Shown here: positions 26,371 to 28,467 of the stretch, piece after piece
Numbering within the stretch: position 1 is the first letter of the stretch
Layout of the letters: the number at the start of each line of letters is the position of its first letter
Position numbers and translations under genes: made by a program
The notes under the pieces: model-generated
What the model was told of the DNA's origin: nothing
Seen by the model: only the letters and a program-made list of their open reading frames with translations
Database searches by the model: none
Source of the DNA: a virus
Taxonomy: Duplodnaviria; Caudoviricetes
IMG/VR virus record: IMGVR_UViG_3300033407_000096
Span: 1-28,467 of that record
Strand: one strand, 5' to 3'
Length of the DNA stretch: 28,467 bases

Positions 26371-26399
26371 TTGACCCGCCATGCATGCGTATGTATAGT
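26371..26399 (+). promoter_or_regulatory. Strong rightward sigma70 promoter of the early operon
   Basis: TTGACC-17 nt-TATAGT. Confidence 0.82.
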
Positions 26400-26458
26400 A
26401 TAGGTGTCAGGTCGGATGAGCCGACCGACGATGCCCCGGAGGGGGCGAGGAGGATGAG

Positions 26459-27211
26459 ATGACGTGGTACAAGGTGCTCGCTAAGGACGGCTCCGCGATC
26501 CATGGCACAGGGGTATGGTCTCTCCCGCAGGATGGGCGGCCCGGCGCATGGATGCCGGAGATCGAACAACTGGAGCCGTGCGTATCCGGCTATCACCTGG
26601 TCCGGCGTGATGGTCTCGTTGAATGGCTCGGCCCAGTGATCTCCGAGGCAGAGCCGTATCCCGAGGCTCGCTGGGTCGAAAAAGACGCGCATGTCCGTGT
26701 GTTCTCGCGCGCCCGCGCCGTGCTCCTCCTCGATGCGTGGACCGAGCGCACGGCGCGGCTGTTCGCGGCCGACTGCGCTGAGCGGGTCGTCCATCTCACG
26801 GGTCCGGACCAGAGGTGCGTGGAGTCCATCCGCGTGGCGCGGGCCTATGCGCGCGGAGAGGCGACGGCAGAGGAGTTGCGCGCCGCGAGTGCCGCCGCGT
26901 GGGCCGCGAGGGACGCCGCGTGGGCCGCGTGGGCCGCGAGGGCCGCGAGGGCCGAGTGGGCCGCCGCGAGGGACGCGATGGACGCCGCGTGGGCCGCGAG
27001 GGCCGCGTGGGACGACGCGAGGGCCGCCGCGAGTGCCGCCGCGGGGGCCGCCGCGAGGGCCGCGTGGGACGACGCGTGGGCCGCCGCGAGGGCCGCCGCG
27101 AGGGACGCCGCGAGGGCCGCGAGTGCCGACGCGAGGGCCGCCGCGGGGGGCGGTGAAACGACGTGGCAGACGGAGAGGCTGTTCCAATATCTCACTAGGG
27201 AGGTCGCATGA
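26459..27211 (+). CDS. Imm5-like protein with Ala/Trp/Arg repeat tract
   Basis: GAGGAGG RBS; ARLFAADCAERV...IRVARAYARGEATAEEL.AA motif, A-A-(W/R)-(A/D) repeats and WQ..RL..YL end; N-terminal PC.SGYH domain. Confidence 0.8.
   Translation: MTWYKVLAKDGSAIHGTGVWSLPQDGRPGAWMPEIEQLEPCVSGYHLVRRDGLVEWLGPVISEAEPYPEARWVEKDAHVRVFSRARAVLLLDAWTERTARLFAADCAERVVHLTGPDQRCVESIRVARAYARGEATAEELRAASAAAWAARDAAWAAWAARAARAEWAAARDAMDAAWAARAAWDDARAAASAAAGAAARAAWDDAWAAARAAARDAARAASADARAAAGGGETTWQTERLFQYLTREVA
26882..27150 (+). repeat. Coding minisatellite of 9/12-nt units GCCGCG(T/A/G)GG(GAC/GCC)
   Basis: Directly visible degenerate tandem repeats. Confidence 0.9.
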
Positions 27212-27585
27212 ACCCCCCATTTTCCCGGCAGGTCTCCCGCGGCGGTAACGCCCGGGCGGGTAACACCACCTCCCCGACTCCGAGACCTGCCGGGGTCACA
27301 CTCCCTCACGGGACGGCCGCCGGGACGATCCCGGTACAGGTCACGGCGGGGGCCGTCGGAGCGATGGTCCCCGCGCGTGCCTCGCGTGGAGGGTCAGGCG
27401 ATGACGTGATCGCAGTCCACGACGGGAGAAGCCACGAGACACCCGCCGGCGGTGCGTGGGAGCAATCGGCCCGTGTCGCCGCCGGCGGGGGCTACGTCTC
27501 GGACTGGTGCGAGACGTGCAACCGGCTCCATAGAGAGGATGAGGTGACGCCATGTCGGCAGTGCATCCCTACATCGCCACGCTGA
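27208..27585 (+). CDS. Hypothetical protein, low-complexity N-terminal half, C-terminal CETC...CRQC
   Basis: AGGGAGG RBS and ATGA overlap; alternative GTG start at 27406. Confidence 0.45.
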   Translation: MNPPFSRQVSRGGNARAGNTTSPTPRPAGVTLPHGTAAGTIPVQVTAGAVGAMVPARASRGGSGDDVIAVHDGRSHETPAGGAWEQSARVAAGGGYVSDWCETCNRLHREDEVTPCRQCIPTSPR

Positions 27586-27779
27586 CGTGTCCGGAGTGCC
27601 AGATGCGGGATCACCGATGGCCGACGCGGGATGGTCAGGGCCGCGACGAGTTCCGCCGCCGTGCTCTGCGGACGCAGGCCGAGGCGCGCGAGACGCTGCG
27701 TCTGGCCGGTTGCCGCTGCCCGTTCCCCGATCTGGTCTATGCGTGCCCGATCCACGCGGAACTCATGGAGGCGCTGTGA
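27552..27779 (+). CDS. 75-aa Cys-rich protein (CPEC, CRC...CPIH)
   Basis: GAGGTG RBS; zinc-ligand motifs. Confidence 0.7.
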   Translation: MSAVHPYIATLTCPECQMRDHRWPTRDGQGRDEFRRRALRTQAEARETLRLAGCRCPFPDLVYACPIHAELMEAL

Positions 27780-27949
27780 GAGCCCGCGCGGTGTGCCTGA
27801 CGTGCGGCCTCGACAGTCGAGCGAGCGAGATACCGATCACGCGAGAGATGGCTGACGCGCTCGCGGCGATGCATCACGGAACCACGGGCCACGATGCCCG
27901 AGTCGTGGAGATGGAGGAGGAGACGGATGTTGATATTCCGGCTGCGTAA
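27776..27949 (+). CDS. 57-aa C2H2-like protein (CLTC...HHGTTGH)
   Basis: GGAGG RBS, GTGA overlap. Confidence 0.7.
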   Translation: MRARAVCLTCGLDSRASEIPITREMADALAAMHHGTTGHDARVVEMEEETDVDIPAA

Positions 27950-28082
27950 TCGGCTGTCAGTGCGGATTCGCCGTACTCAGATGTGGTGGGACGAGCACGG
28001 CGAGGAAGCCGAGAAGTTCATGGTGCTGGTCGCGTTTCTCGGGGCGGGATATATCGTGCTTGTCCTGCTGGCGACCAGGTGA
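27927..28082 (+). CDS. 51-aa protein with C-terminal TM helix
   Basis: GGAGGAGGAG RBS before ATG 27927; FMVLVAFLGAGYIVLVLL. Confidence 0.65.
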   Translation: MLIFRLRNRLSVRIRRTQMWWDEHGEEAEKFMVLVAFLGAGYIVLVLLATR

Positions 28083-28094
28083 CCCATAGACACG

Positions 28095-28122
28095 ACGGGC
28101 CGGGGCGTAACCCCCGGCCCGT
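28095..28122 (+). other. Intergenic GC-rich hairpin (11-bp stem), no U-tract
   Basis: ACGGGCCGGGG-CGTAAC-CCCCGGCCCGT. Confidence 0.6.
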
Positions 28123-28175
28123 GGTTAACCCGAACTGCCCGCGGGCATCATAGCCCGCAGAAACGGAGAGAGCAA

Positions 28176-28467
28176 ATGGAGATCAAACGGATCGACGGTA
28201 CCATCCTCTACACGGCACCTGAGGCGCTAACGATTGCAGATGCCGTCAGGGCGGCACTCCTGCGCGGCGCGAACCTGAGCGGCGCGAACCTGATCGGCGC
28301 GAACCTGCGCGGCGCGAACCTGAGCGGCGCGTACCTGAGCGGCGCGGACCTGGGCGGCGCGGACCTGGGCGGCGCGAACCTGAGCGGCGCGTACCTGAGC
28401 GGCGCGGACCTGGGCGGCGCGGACCTGGGCGGCGCGAACCTGAGCGGCGCGTACCTGAGCGGCGCGG
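28176..28467 (+). CDS. Pentapeptide-repeat protein (3' truncated by window end)
   Basis: GGAGAG RBS; [12 protein letters not shown]... followed by (A-N/D/Y-L-S/G/R/I-G)n repeats. Confidence 0.9.
   Translation, partial: MEIKRIDGTILYTAPEALTIADAVRAALLRGANLSGANLIGANLRGANLSGAYLSGADLGGADLGGANLSGAYLSGADLGGADLGGANLSGAYLSGA

Noticed and set aside
27241-27270. GGTAACGCCCGGGCGGG resembles part of RNase P RNA; GGGACGATCCC nearby resembles a tRNA T-arm
   Set aside because: No RNase P P4 consensus (GAGGAAAGUCC) and no cloverleaf; kept only as a generic structured-RNA candidate.
26192-27309. Long GPRG/RREG/AALA-repeat ORFs (342 aa minus strand and others) that look collagen-like
   Set aside because: Alternative-frame and antisense shadows of the minisatellite in the Imm5-like gene; no RBS or promoter context.
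26882-28467. Repeats varying at few positions, suggesting DGR template/variable repeats or a CRISPR array
   Set aside because: No reverse transcriptase, no TR/VR pair and no unique spacers; these are in-frame coding repeats.

Overview
About 28.5 kb of a tailed dsDNA phage genome (siphovirus-like: tail tube, tail chaperone and tape measure are present, no sheath; head genes are Mu-like). The left ~23.6 kb is one minus-strand late operon: terS, terL, portal, MuF-like protein, protease/scaffold, cement, major capsid, connectors, tail, receptor-binding proteins, then an amidase endolysin and several small membrane proteins. A putative origin and a DnaB_N-AAA-wHTH helicase follow, then a divergent promoter switch and a plus-strand early operon that runs off the window. 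No integrase, classical repressor, CRISPR array or rRNA/tRNA gene is visible. Most notable: (1) a 28-bp XerCD dif-like site between terS and terL, where strand skew inverts; (2) an A9 slippery site that puts the portal in -1 frame with a 108-aa helical extension, in addition to the canonical tail-chaperone frameshift; (3) four translationally coupled zinc-finger micro-genes bounded by a 12-bp direct repeat between the portal extension and MuF; (4) a spike-like protein with a Sec-type signal peptide and 20 cysteines; (5) a leaderless 55-aa basic peptide in the repressor position with a 13-bp candidate operator shared by two promoters. All family assignments come from motif recognition and synteny, not from database searches.
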